A stretch of DNA of 60,928 nt from a virus. Taxonomy: Duplodnaviria > Caudoviricetes. The notes under the pieces were generated by a model that did no database searches, was not told the origin of the DNA, and worked only from the letters and a program-made list of their open reading frames with translations. Position numbers and translations under genes: made by a program. Positions 1-8,641 of this stretch are shown piece by piece; positions within the stretch are counted from its first letter, which is position 1, and each line of letters begins with the position of its first letter. The stretch is from the IMG/VR virus record IMGVR_UViG_3300025018_000165, positions 1 through 60,928 of that record; one strand, written 5' to 3'.

Positions 1-346
1 TTGAATTTGGATTTTTATGGTATGATAAAATCAATATGGTGAACACGAGGAGGAAGGGTAGGAAGAATGAATTGAAGGCACGGGATTTTTTACTGGGTCT
101 TGGTTATCTGGTCGAACTAACAAAGAACCCTAGTCGATTTCAGAAACAGCAGGATTTATTCGGTCTATGGGATTTGATGGCCATACGGGATGATGGGATT
201 TTGTTTATTCAAGTCAAATCTAACCGAAGGGTTTACGGAAAGGAATTGGCTCGCTATTTGAACTTTCCTAAACCACCGGGGTGTTCTTTGCAGATTTGGA
301 CTTACTGGGATCGAAAAAATGAACCTGAAATAATAACCTATTGAAT
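1..346 (+). repeat. Left junction repeat, diverged copy of 36100-36445
   Basis: Offset 36,099. Identical over 1-87, then about 23 substitutions by manual count, mostly synonymous; similarity ends just after the nuclease stop codon. Confidence 0.97.
36..344 (+). CDS. PD-(D/E)XK nuclease, Hjc-like Holliday junction resolvase (allele A)
   Basis: KGRKNE...GY...DL...FIQVKS pattern typical of Hjc-type resolvases; directly upstream of terminase genes. Confidence 0.7.
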   Translation: MVNTRRKGRKNELKARDFLLGLGYLVELTKNPSRFQKQQDLFGLWDLMAIRDDGILFIQVKSNRRVYGKELARYLNFPKPPGCSLQIWTYWDRKNEPEIITY

Positions 347-787
347 ATGGCAAAACCTTTTAAGTTTGACGAAATTGAGGATATTGAAAAATTGAGATTA
401 GTGATTGAAGATTATTTTAATACGACACCGGAGGAAGATTGGACTGTAACCGGACTGGCGATGGCAATGGATTGCGACAGGGACACTTTGTTGAATTACG
501 AGAAAAATAAACAAGGTCAACACGATAAAGTTCCGCCTGAGATAATTCGGCTCATTAAAAAAGCTAAGATGAAAATTCATAACGCTTATGAAAAAGATTT
601 GCGTCATAAAAGCCGTTCAGGCGATATTTTTGCGCTTAAAAATTTTGGTTGGAGCGACCGTCAAGAATTTGACCACACGACCAAAGGTGAAAAAATCAAT
701 TCGTTCTCGCAATTATCACCGGAAGCTCAAAAAGCTATGAGTGATATTTACGAAACCGAAATGAAATCTAAAAATCTTAATAAATGA
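347..787 (+). CDS. terS: Terminase small subunit A (P22 gp3-like packaging protein)
   Basis: YF...TVTGLA...RDTLLNYE HTH region and IFALKNFGWSD motif; first gene of head operon. Confidence 0.8.
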   Translation: MAKPFKFDEIEDIEKLRLVIEDYFNTTPEEDWTVTGLAMAMDCDRDTLLNYEKNKQGQHDKVPPEIIRLIKKAKMKIHNAYEKDLRHKSRSGDIFALKNFGWSDRQEFDHTTKGEKINSFSQLSPEAQKAMSDIYETEMKSKNLNK

Positions 788-796
788 TTAAGCACT

Positions 797-3313
797 ATGC
801 TAGATCAAAAAGGCAGTCCACTTGTCCGTGTTCGTTTTCATGGTCAGGCGGCTCGAGAGAAGATTCTTAATGGTGTCAATGCCGTTGCTAATGCAGTCAA
901 GACTACAATGGGAGCTAAAGGCCGGACGGTTTTTACCAGTTACGGCCACGCGACAAAGGACGGGGTTACGGTTGCCCGTGATGTCGAATTGTTTGAGGAC
1001 ACTGCATCAGCGCATGGTGCGCGTTTAATCAAAGAGGCGGCGATAAATACTTGCGATAAGGCAGGCGATGGTCCACAACCTCTTTGGAGTAAAGTTTTAA
1101 CTCCAACAGGGTTTGTTGCCATGAAAGAGATTAAGCAGGGCATGGAAATTTGTGGAACGAATGGTACGAAACAAAAAGTTATTGGTGTTTTTGATAAGGG
1201 AGTAAAACAAATTTATAAGGTTGAATTAATTGATGGAAGGGTAGTTTTATGTTCGGAGGAACATCTTTGGCAAGTTTCTTCGGAACTTTGGAAGGGTAAA
1301 AGTAAATTGATGACGACAAAACAGTTATTTGATCGTGGGCCTGTAAAAACAAATAAAACAGGCGAGATTCGCCATCTTTTTTATATCCAAAATAATGAGG
1401 TTGATTTTCAAGAAAACAAAGACGAAATGCCATTAGACCCGTATTTTCTTGGCGTATTACTCGGCGATGGAAGTTTAAGCGGAACCGGAAGTATTGAACT
1501 GTCTCTTGGTTTCAAAAAACGACATATTCTAAAAAAGTTGAAATTGCCTGAAGGAGTTACTGCTTCGTCAAGAGATTGTAAAAAATATATTCGTGTAAAA
1601 TTAAAGGATTCATTATTGAAAAAAAGTCTGGAGCGTTTGGGTTTGTACGGTACAAAAAGCGACAGTAAGTTTATTCCATCCGCGTATCTTTATTCTTCAC
1701 AGAAATCACGAAAAGAGCTTTTACGCGGTTTGATTGACACAGACGGTCATATAAATACTCGCGGTCTTTTTGAGTTTTCTACCGTCTCTCCGAAACTAGC
1801 AAGAGATTTTACTGAATTATGCAACGGTTTAGGGATAACTGTTCATTCACGCATTCATTCGCGAAATCAAGAAGATTCTTATTCAGACCGACCAATTTTC
1901 CGTATTACTGAATTAAAGGGATATAAGTTAGGTATTCCAATTCATTCTATTGAACAGACGACTGAAAAGACTCAAATGCGTTGCATTAAAGTCAGTAATC
2001 CCGATCACTTATACATAACAGATGGTTATGTTGTAACGCATAACACTACAACTGTGTGTGTCATTGCTCAAACTCTTATCAAGGAAGGTTTGCGATTGAT
2101 TAACGATGGGAAAGACCCACAAGATTTGAAAAAAGAACTGGAACAAAGTAAAGACAAAATCATCTCGGCTTTGAAGGATCAATCAATGCCGGCAACTGAT
2201 GTGTCAAAGATTGCCAACATTTCCGCCAATGACCCTAAACTAGGTGAAATTGTTGCCAAAGCCGTAACAGCAGTCGGTGTCGATGGTTTGGTAACGATTG
2301 AGAAAACTTATGGCGAGCAAGAAATTGAAGTAGCGGACGGAATGCAGTTAGATAAGGGATTGCTTCGCGGCCCTTACTTGACCGATGGAGAACGGCGACG
2401 AGCTGATTATAAAGATGTCGCGGTTCTTTTGTTTAATGGGAAGATTCACGATTTGATTGGCTTTGCCAAGGCGGTCGAACCGCTGGTGAAAGAAGGCAAG
2501 CCGATTCTTATTGTCGCCGATGATTACGACACGCCGGTTGCGCGCTCGCTTGAGCTGACAATGCTGAAAGGTATGGGTCGTTTCATTCCAATTAAAAGTC
2601 CGCACATCTATCACGATGAGACCTTTCAAGACTTGGCCGCTTACACCGGCGCGACAGTCTTGACCGAAGCAGATAGTTTCAAAAATTTTGATCCGTCATT
2701 CTTGGGTCACGCCAAGCAGGTGATTGCGACGGTTGATAAGACGACTATCCGTTGTGATGACGACCGGAAAGAAGCGATTGCAAAACAAATTGAGGTTATC
2801 AACGAACACGCCAAGCAATATGTTGAAAGCGAACGCAAGAATGTCTTGAAGCGTGCTTCGCGCTTGAAGGGTAAAACCGCGATTGTTAAATTGCCCGAAA
2901 CTACCGAGGCCGAAGGTAAAGAAGTGCGAGATAGGGTTGAGGACGCTATTTACGCTTCGCAGGCGGCCTTGGAGATGGGAATAGTGCCTGGAGGTGGTTA
3001 TGCCTACCTGGCCGCGTCCTATGAGCTTGAAGGCAAGAGCGATGGCGACAAGGTATTGCGCTTGGCTCTGAGCAGTCCGCTGAAACAAATTGTCAAGAAT
3101 GCCGGTCATAATGACGCGAAGATTCTTGAGCTGTGCGAGAAACAAAAAATGATGTTCAATGTTTTGACCGAAGAATTTGAAGACACGATGGCCACAAATG
3201 TCATTGATCCCTTGAAGGTTGCACTCTCGGCTTTCGAGAATGCGCTATCAGTCGCTCTGGTGGCCTTGACCACCGAAGTTGTAATTGCTGAACAAGAATT
3301 AAAAGAAGAATAA
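797..3313 (+). CDS. groEL: Group I chaperonin GroEL precursor with intein (838 aa; about 514 aa spliced)
   Basis: AVKTTMGAKGR, TKDGVTVA, AGDG/TTT, ISAN, GMQLDKG, RVEDA, GIVPGGG and VIDPLKV motifs; followed by groES. Confidence 0.95.
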   Translation: MLDQKGSPLVRVRFHGQAAREKILNGVNAVANAVKTTMGAKGRTVFTSYGHATKDGVTVARDVELFEDTASAHGARLIKEAAINTCDKAGDGPQPLWSKVLTPTGFVAMKEIKQGMEICGTNGTKQKVIGVFDKGVKQIYKVELIDGRVVLCSEEHLWQVSSELWKGKSKLMTTKQLFDRGPVKTNKTGEIRHLFYIQNNEVDFQENKDEMPLDPYFLGVLLGDGSLSGTGSIELSLGFKKRHILKKLKLPEGVTASSRDCKKYIRVKLKDSLLKKSLERLGLYGTKSDSKFIPSAYLYSSQKSRKELLRGLIDTDGHINTRGLFEFSTVSPKLARDFTELCNGLGITVHSRIHSRNQEDSYSDRPIFRITELKGYKLGIPIHSIEQTTEKTQMRCIKVSNPDHLYITDGYVVTHNTTTVCVIAQTLIKEGLRLINDGKDPQDLKKELEQSKDKIISALKDQSMPATDVSKIANISANDPKLGEIVAKAVTAVGVDGLVTIEKTYGEQEIEVADGMQLDKGLLRGPYLTDGERRRADYKDVAVLLFNGKIHDLIGFAKAVEPLVKEGKPILIVADDYDTPVARSLELTMLKGMGRFIPIKSPHIYHDETFQDLAAYTGATVLTEADSFKNFDPSFLGHAKQVIATVDKTTIRCDDDRKEAIAKQIEVINEHAKQYVESERKNVLKRASRLKGKTAIVKLPETTEAEGKEVRDRVEDAIYASQAALEMGIVPGGGYAYLAASYELEGKSDGDKVLRLALSSPLKQIVKNAGHNDAKILELCEKQKMMFNVLTEEFEDTMATNVIDPLKVALSAFENALSVALVALTTEVVIAEQELKEE
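1073..2044 (+). mobile_element. Intein (324 aa, class 3-like) with LAGLIDADG homing endonuclease
   Basis: Starts PQPLWSKVLTPTG; block B CSEEHLW; LGVLLGDG and LRGLIDTDG endonuclease motifs; block F MRCIKV; ends VVTHN with +1 Thr; removal restores GDGTTT. Confidence 0.93.
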
Positions 3314-3314
3314 T

Positions 3315-3563
3315 ATGATTACCCCCTTAGGAATTCATATCTTGATTGAGCCGTTGGAAGAATCAAAAGCATTTCAGTTGCCGGAGCAGTCGAAGGGTCA
3401 AGCGGAAAGCGGATTGGTTCTCGGCGTTGGCTCAAAAGTTGACATTGAAGTTAAAGTCGGTGATAAAGTATTATTCAAGAAATACAGTCCGGAGGAGTTT
3501 GAAGTTGAAGGCAAGATGGTCTATTTGGTCGAGGAACAGGATTTGATGGGTGTTGTGGTATGA
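3315..3563 (+). CDS. groES: Co-chaperonin GroES
   Basis: ITPLGIHILIEP, GLVLGVG, VKVGDKVLFKKY and EQDLMGVV motifs; adjacent to groEL. Confidence 0.93.
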   Translation: MITPLGIHILIEPLEESKAFQLPEQSKGQAESGLVLGVGSKVDIEVKVGDKVLFKKYSPEEFEVEGKMVYLVEEQDLMGVVV

Positions 3564-3721
3564 ACGACCTGAGGTTCAACAAAGTAACCAGGGCTAAAGA
3601 GCGCGAGAACGCCAGGCAACGCCGATATTTTAATTCAGATATTATTCAACCGTTCGATTTGAAGGGCAAACGCTCTACCAAATTTGAACGGATTTACGGG
3701 TCAAAAATTTATGGAAAATGA
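3560..3721 (+). CDS. Hypothetical protein (53 aa)
   Basis: ATGA overlap with groES stop; fills gap in operon; read manually. Confidence 0.55.
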   Translation: MNDLRFNKVTRAKERENARQRRYFNSDIIQPFDLKGKRSTKFERIYGSKIYGK

Positions 3722-3929
3722 AGAAGCAGTGCAACCTAAGTTCGCTCCTGGACAAATTGTCAAACATCCTCTCGGAATGAAGTGCATGATTACGATGATG
3801 TTTGATGCGGTCAAGAATGAAGCCGGAGAAGAAACCAAGTTGCCGTCGATAGTTTATGAATTGCAATTTTTAGACAATAACGGTTGTTTGCAGACCACGC
3901 GTTTGAGCGAGAAGTTTATCAAAGAATAA
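3711..3929 (+). CDS. Hypothetical protein
   Basis: ORF in operon orientation, ATG at 3711 after AT-rich leader. Confidence 0.6.
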   Translation: MENEEAVQPKFAPGQIVKHPLGMKCMITMMFDAVKNEAGEETKLPSIVYELQFLDNNGCLQTTRLSEKFIKE

Positions 3930-3930
3930 T

Positions 3931-4185
3931 ATGCTCGAAGCTCTATTGACCGGCCTTACAGTTTTTCTGGCTCTACGATTCGACCGGTATTTAGAGCGGA
4001 TAAAGGAGGACGAAAAGACTTTGGCTCAAGTAGTCAGGGAAGCATTGCCAAGCGAAAAAGCTGAGGTGATGCTTCCCATGAATGATGAAGAATACAACCA
4101 ATATTTACTGGATTTGTCTTCGAGAGGCGAGTTATTGAATAAACTAAAAAAACCATGGAAATTCCTATCTCGGAAATCTCCATAA
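3931..4185 (+). CDS. Hypothetical protein with hydrophobic N-terminus
   Basis: Tightly packed ORF overlapping the terL start. Confidence 0.6.
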   Translation: MLEALLTGLTVFLALRFDRYLERIKEDEKTLAQVVREALPSEKAEVMLPMNDEEYNQYLLDLSSRGELLNKLKKPWKFLSRKSP

Positions 4186-5723
4186 TTGGTTTTCTTAAAG
4201 AGCAGAACATTAAAAATGAACGGGGTGACTTGATTGATTTTTACGATAGGCCGTTTCTTTTTGACCCAATGCGCGACTGGTCAAGGTTTCAAGTTTATAA
4301 AAAATGCGCTCAGATTGGGATGAGTACCACTATGGCCTTGAAGTCTTTGTATGCGGCAAGATACAAAGGGTGGAACATCATTCACACCTTTCCAACCGAT
4401 TCTGATGCTCGGGAGTTTGTCACGACCAAGACGAATAAGATTCTCCAAGCGAATGAGGTGTTTGCCGGTATTCAATCCGACAACATTGAACGCAAACAAA
4501 TTGGCGATAGGTTTCTGCACTATAAGGGAACAATCAGTAAGTCGGCGGCTATTGCGACAACCGCTGATTTGCTTATTTCAGACGAAAAAGATAGGGGCGA
4601 TCAACAGAAGCATAAAGACTTTGAAAGCCGTCTTATTGCCTCGGATTACAAAGGCGTTTGGTCATTGAGCAACCCGTCAATTGAAGGGAACGGTGTTGAT
4701 CCCGACTGGGAGCTATCAGACAAGAAAGAATGGTTTGTTACCTGTAAAGATGGTCATTCGTGTCCGATGACTTTTCCGGCCAGTATCAATCAGAAAACTC
4801 GCAAGTTTCAGTGTTCCGAGTGCGGTCTTGAATTAAGCGATGACGACCGGCGCAGGGGCGAATGGGTAAAGACCGGAGACGAGAACGCCAAGTGGAGCGG
4901 TTATCATATTACGCTTCTTATTGCTCCATGGATTACCGCTGATTATATTTTAGACCAATGGGCGGACGGTAAAAATCCTGAGTATTTTCATAACTTTATT
5001 TTGGGTGAACCTTACAGCCCTGGCGATACAAAAATTGACAAGCATGTCATTTTAGATAACTGGACACCTAAGAATATTGAGACCGGCCAGTATTATTTGG
5101 GCGTGGATGTCGGGAACATCAAGCATTATGTTATTGGAAGCGAGAAGGGGATTTTGAAGGTCGGGACTTTCACCAACTGGCACGAATTGGACAAGATTTT
5201 GATGGCGTTCAATCCGATTACGGTTATGGACGCAATGCCTGACAATACGATGGCGCATCACTATAAAGACACTTTCCCCAACTTCTTTATCTGCCATTTC
5301 AGCAGGGATCAAGAGAACAACACCATTATTCGTTGGGGTGAGAAAGAAAAACAGGGAATAGTTTTTGCCGACCGGTCGAGGATAATTGACCGAATTGTTA
5401 TGGAATTATTGGAAGGCAAGATTTTATTTGCTTTGCCTTCTGATAAAGATTTTAGGGTATTCCTTGACCATTGTTCATCGCTTCGGAGGGTAAAAGAGAC
5501 AAATGCTTTGGGGATTGAGCGATATGTCTGGGATACATTGGAAGGTAAGGAAGACCATTATTTCTTTGCGTTGCTCTATTACTACTTGGCAATTCAGAGC
5601 CACGCTTCCGGTTCAGCGACCATAATTGGGGCTGGTGAGCCGCCAAAATCAATCGTCCAATCAATTTCAGGTTTCAAAAACAACCTAAAAGAGGAGTTAG
5701 AAGCTAGGGAATATGGATATTGA
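4155..5723 (+). CDS. terL: Terminase large subunit A (lambda GpA-like)
   Basis: Walker A-like KCAQIGMST, Walker B LLISDE, SNP coupling motif, Cys/His cluster, nuclease LGVDVG and EDHY. Confidence 0.9.
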   Translation: MEIPISEISIIGFLKEQNIKNERGDLIDFYDRPFLFDPMRDWSRFQVYKKCAQIGMSTTMALKSLYAARYKGWNIIHTFPTDSDAREFVTTKTNKILQANEVFAGIQSDNIERKQIGDRFLHYKGTISKSAAIATTADLLISDEKDRGDQQKHKDFESRLIASDYKGVWSLSNPSIEGNGVDPDWELSDKKEWFVTCKDGHSCPMTFPASINQKTRKFQCSECGLELSDDDRRRGEWVKTGDENAKWSGYHITLLIAPWITADYILDQWADGKNPEYFHNFILGEPYSPGDTKIDKHVILDNWTPKNIETGQYYLGVDVGNIKHYVIGSEKGILKVGTFTNWHELDKILMAFNPITVMDAMPDNTMAHHYKDTFPNFFICHFSRDQENNTIIRWGEKEKQGIVFADRSRIIDRIVMELLEGKILFALPSDKDFRVFLDHCSSLRRVKETNALGIERYVWDTLEGKEDHYFFALLYYYLAIQSHASGSATIIGAGEPPKSIVQSISGFKNNLKEELEAREYGY

Positions 5724-5940
5724 AATAAAACGGATGGCCGAAAAGTGGGGTTTGAAGTGGCAATTTCTGTTGGATGTTTATTTCTTGATGTTGAATGATG
5801 CCAGGTTCTATTCCTGCCGCAAGCCGTTTGGAGTGAGTTATAAGAAAATGAGCCGACACTTATTTTATAACTACGGGATCGAAATTTCACCGCATCAGCT
5901 TAAGTATTTGGTTTGTCTCATAAAAACAAGAAAACATTGA
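5713..5940 (+). CDS. Small basic protein, possibly DNA-binding
   Basis: Overlaps terL end; basic helical pattern SYKKMSRHL. Confidence 0.5.
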   Translation: MDIEIKRMAEKWGLKWQFLLDVYFLMLNDARFYSCRKPFGVSYKKMSRHLFYNYGIEISPHQLKYLVCLIKTRKH

Positions 5941-6018
5941 AAAATATGGCCTAAATGCCATATTTTTTGTCTTATCAGCACCTTAATTTGAAGGGCATAA
6001 TATAATTTTAATATAAAT

Positions 6019-7809
6019 ATGGCGTATTTCGATATGAAAGATGACCAACTGATAAAACTCATCGAGAACCGATGGGCTTCTTCTGCTTCCATTTGGGATG
6101 AGATTCAGAAGGTAACGGAAGCCAACACAAAAATTTATAAAGGTGATTGTGCGTGGTGGAACAATGCGCGCATTCCACCGACCAGACCGAAGGTAAACTC
6201 CAGTCGTGTTTTTACCAATACCGAGGCGGTTATCAATGCTTTGATTGCCAATCCACCGCGTCCCAATGTGCTTCCAGGGCGTATTTCGCCAAGTGCTAAG
6301 GAGCTAAGTTCAATTCTTGAGGGTTATTTGAATATTAGCTATGACAAGCTGAACACTAAGGAAGTCTTGCGTCAGGGTTTGCGCGATTTGTTTTTGTCTC
6401 GGCTGATTGTTCTGAAACCATATTGGAATCACAAGACAAATGATTTTGATGTAAAACGAGTTGACCCCAAGAAAGTTAGATTTTCAGTAAAAGCCAAGAA
6501 TGAAATTGAAAGTGAATTTGCTATTGAGGAAATTGATTCAACCGTCGCTCAGTTGATTGCGATGTTTCCCGATAAAGAGAAAGATATTTTGTCTGTTACA
6601 AATTTGGATGCCGAACAATTGTTATTGCAGAACCCAAGTTGTGTCTACAAAGAGGCGTGGATCGGTAATGATTTGTTCATTAAGTATAAAGACTTGATTT
6701 TGTATAAAGGCCGTAACCCCTATTTTGACTGGGACGGCTTGATTGCCACAAGAGACGAAATGGTAACGCTGGAAGCTGATGACGGAGTTGAATACAAAGA
6801 CAAGATAAAGTCGATGAAGAACGCCAAGCTCTCAGACATTGGACAGCTTGAAGAAGGGATGGAAGACAAGACTATTCAAGAGTATCGGAAGACCGATAAG
6901 GAAGTTTCCTATGAGGCCTACCTTTTCAATTATTTTGACATTCCGCGCAAGCCTTATATTTTTGCCTCGGTTTTGGGGAACGAAAATAGACCCATCGGCA
7001 TGACTTCGTTCATCGAACAGGCGACAAGTTTGCAAGAAATGGTTGACAGAACTGTTTATCAAATCTTTCTGAACTCGGAAATGGTTAATGGCATCACTAA
7101 AGTTGATTCCGGTTTGACAAATCTATCCAAATCTGATGCCCAGACTTTGCGCTACGATGCCAATGGCGTGATTTTCGGCAAGGGTGTCATAAACGGCGTT
7201 GGGCGTGAGTTTGGACAAGGCTTGCCAAGTTTTATCTTTTCAGCCCTTGAAGATTATAGAAAAGAAATTGACAACATCATGGCCGCTTCCTCGGCTTTCC
7301 GCGGTGAGCGTGAAGGGACGGAGACTAAAGCCGGTCGCCTTGCCTTGGTCGAGCAGTCATATCAGCGTTTGAACGAGCTGGTGCAAGTGGTCGATTATGT
7401 GTCGCGCGAGTTGTTTGGCTGGTGGATGCAGTTAATGAAAGTAAAATACACGGAAAAACACATGGTGAAACAGGTCGGTTCCGATGACGCATTGAAGATT
7501 ATCGAAATTAGCCAAGACGACTTGGAAGACGGGATTGAGGTTCGCATTATACCAGGTAAGACCTTGCCTGAGGATAAAAACTTCCGTTATCAACGCGCTC
7601 AAACGGATGTTGCGGCCGGTTATATCAGTCCGCTCAAGTATCTTGAAGAAGCCGGTTATCAAGACCCGAAACAGGTGGCTAAAGAGGCGTTCGAGTTCGC
7701 TCAAAATCCTTCCGGCACTTTAGGGATCGAACAAGCACCGCCTCAACAGCCGGAAATGCAACCTTCAATTCAACAACCGCCCGAATTAGCGCAAATGATT
7801 GGCAGTTAG
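6019..7809 (+). CDS. Portal protein A
   Basis: 596 aa, between terL and scaffold; RVDPKKVRF, GE.ETKAG..AL..Q and Q/P-rich tail typical of podoviral portals. Confidence 0.85.
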   Translation: MAYFDMKDDQLIKLIENRWASSASIWDEIQKVTEANTKIYKGDCAWWNNARIPPTRPKVNSSRVFTNTEAVINALIANPPRPNVLPGRISPSAKELSSILEGYLNISYDKLNTKEVLRQGLRDLFLSRLIVLKPYWNHKTNDFDVKRVDPKKVRFSVKAKNEIESEFAIEEIDSTVAQLIAMFPDKEKDILSVTNLDAEQLLLQNPSCVYKEAWIGNDLFIKYKDLILYKGRNPYFDWDGLIATRDEMVTLEADDGVEYKDKIKSMKNAKLSDIGQLEEGMEDKTIQEYRKTDKEVSYEAYLFNYFDIPRKPYIFASVLGNENRPIGMTSFIEQATSLQEMVDRTVYQIFLNSEMVNGITKVDSGLTNLSKSDAQTLRYDANGVIFGKGVINGVGREFGQGLPSFIFSALEDYRKEIDNIMAASSAFRGEREGTETKAGRLALVEQSYQRLNELVQVVDYVSRELFGWWMQLMKVKYTEKHMVKQVGSDDALKIIEISQDDLEDGIEVRIIPGKTLPEDKNFRYQRAQTDVAAGYISPLKYLEEAGYQDPKQVAKEAFEFAQNPSGTLGIEQAPPQQPEMQPSIQQPPELAQMIGS

Positions 7810-7812
7810 TAG

Positions 7813-7836
7813 GGAAGCCGATTTATTCGGCTTTCC
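7813..7836 (+). other. Hairpin after portal gene
   Basis: GGAAGCCGA-TTTAT-TCGGCTTTCC; no U-tract, so terminator role uncertain. Confidence 0.5.
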
Positions 7837-7912
7837 AATCTAACTTCTAAACGACCAGACCAGAACGGTACAGTCCCTAAGAGGACCAGGGCCTAATGGA
7901 AGTCGAAAAATT

Positions 7913-8638
7913 ATGGAAGTAAATGAGCCGTTAGTTGAGGAGGAGGGGGTAACAGTTGAAGAAACTGAACCCGCTAAAGTTTCGGAAGCCACAGAAACTG
8001 TGGAAATCGAAAAGCCCGAGGAGGAGGCCAAAGAAATGTTTGACCTTCCGGACGGGAAAAAAGTTGATGCCGAGGGCCTAGCTAAAGCGTGGCGCGATAA
8101 CTTCATGCCGGAATTTACTCGCCGCTCCCAGGAACTGGCCGCTCTGAAATCAAAAACACAAATCGAATCGCCTATCCCTAAAAAGGATGACGCGGAAATT
8201 CCGTGGAAAAATCCCGACTGGGAACCTAAGACTTATCAAGAACTGGCCGATACCATCATGGCTCAATCGGAGCGTAAGGTATGGCAACAAATCCTTGATG
8301 AATCGACTAAGGCGGAGCGAGAGACAAAGGAGCGTGAGGCGTTTATTTCCCAAGAGATTGAACAGATTAAAACTCTTGATCCCAAGGTCAATATAAACGC
8401 TGTAATGGCTCATGCCTCAAAATATGCGTTTTCCTCGCTAATTCCGGCCTTTCAGAACTTGAAAGCCTTGGAAGATGCTGAAAAGCGTGTCGAAGAACGG
8501 GTTTTGAAAAACCTTAAAATACGGGCCGGTGAACCCGTTGGGACAAGCGGTTCCGAAGCCGATCAAAATACGGCATTCCCCGCAGGTGTCCAAACTGGCT
8601 ACGAAAAAGCTAAATGGATATTAAGAAATCAAAAATAA
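7913..8638 (+). CDS. Capsid scaffolding protein A
   Basis: Acidic N-terminus, FTRRSQELA motif, coiled coil; immediately upstream of capsid gene. Confidence 0.8.
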   Translation: MEVNEPLVEEEGVTVEETEPAKVSEATETVEIEKPEEEAKEMFDLPDGKKVDAEGLAKAWRDNFMPEFTRRSQELAALKSKTQIESPIPKKDDAEIPWKNPDWEPKTYQELADTIMAQSERKVWQQILDESTKAERETKEREAFISQEIEQIKTLDPKVNINAVMAHASKYAFSSLIPAFQNLKALEDAEKRVEERVLKNLKIRAGEPVGTSGSEADQNTAFPAGVQTGYEKAKWILRNQK

Positions 8639-8641
8639 TTT

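Noticed and set aside
797-3563. Host groESL contamination
   Set aside because: Genes are tightly packed between terS and terL, in groEL-groES order, and divergent
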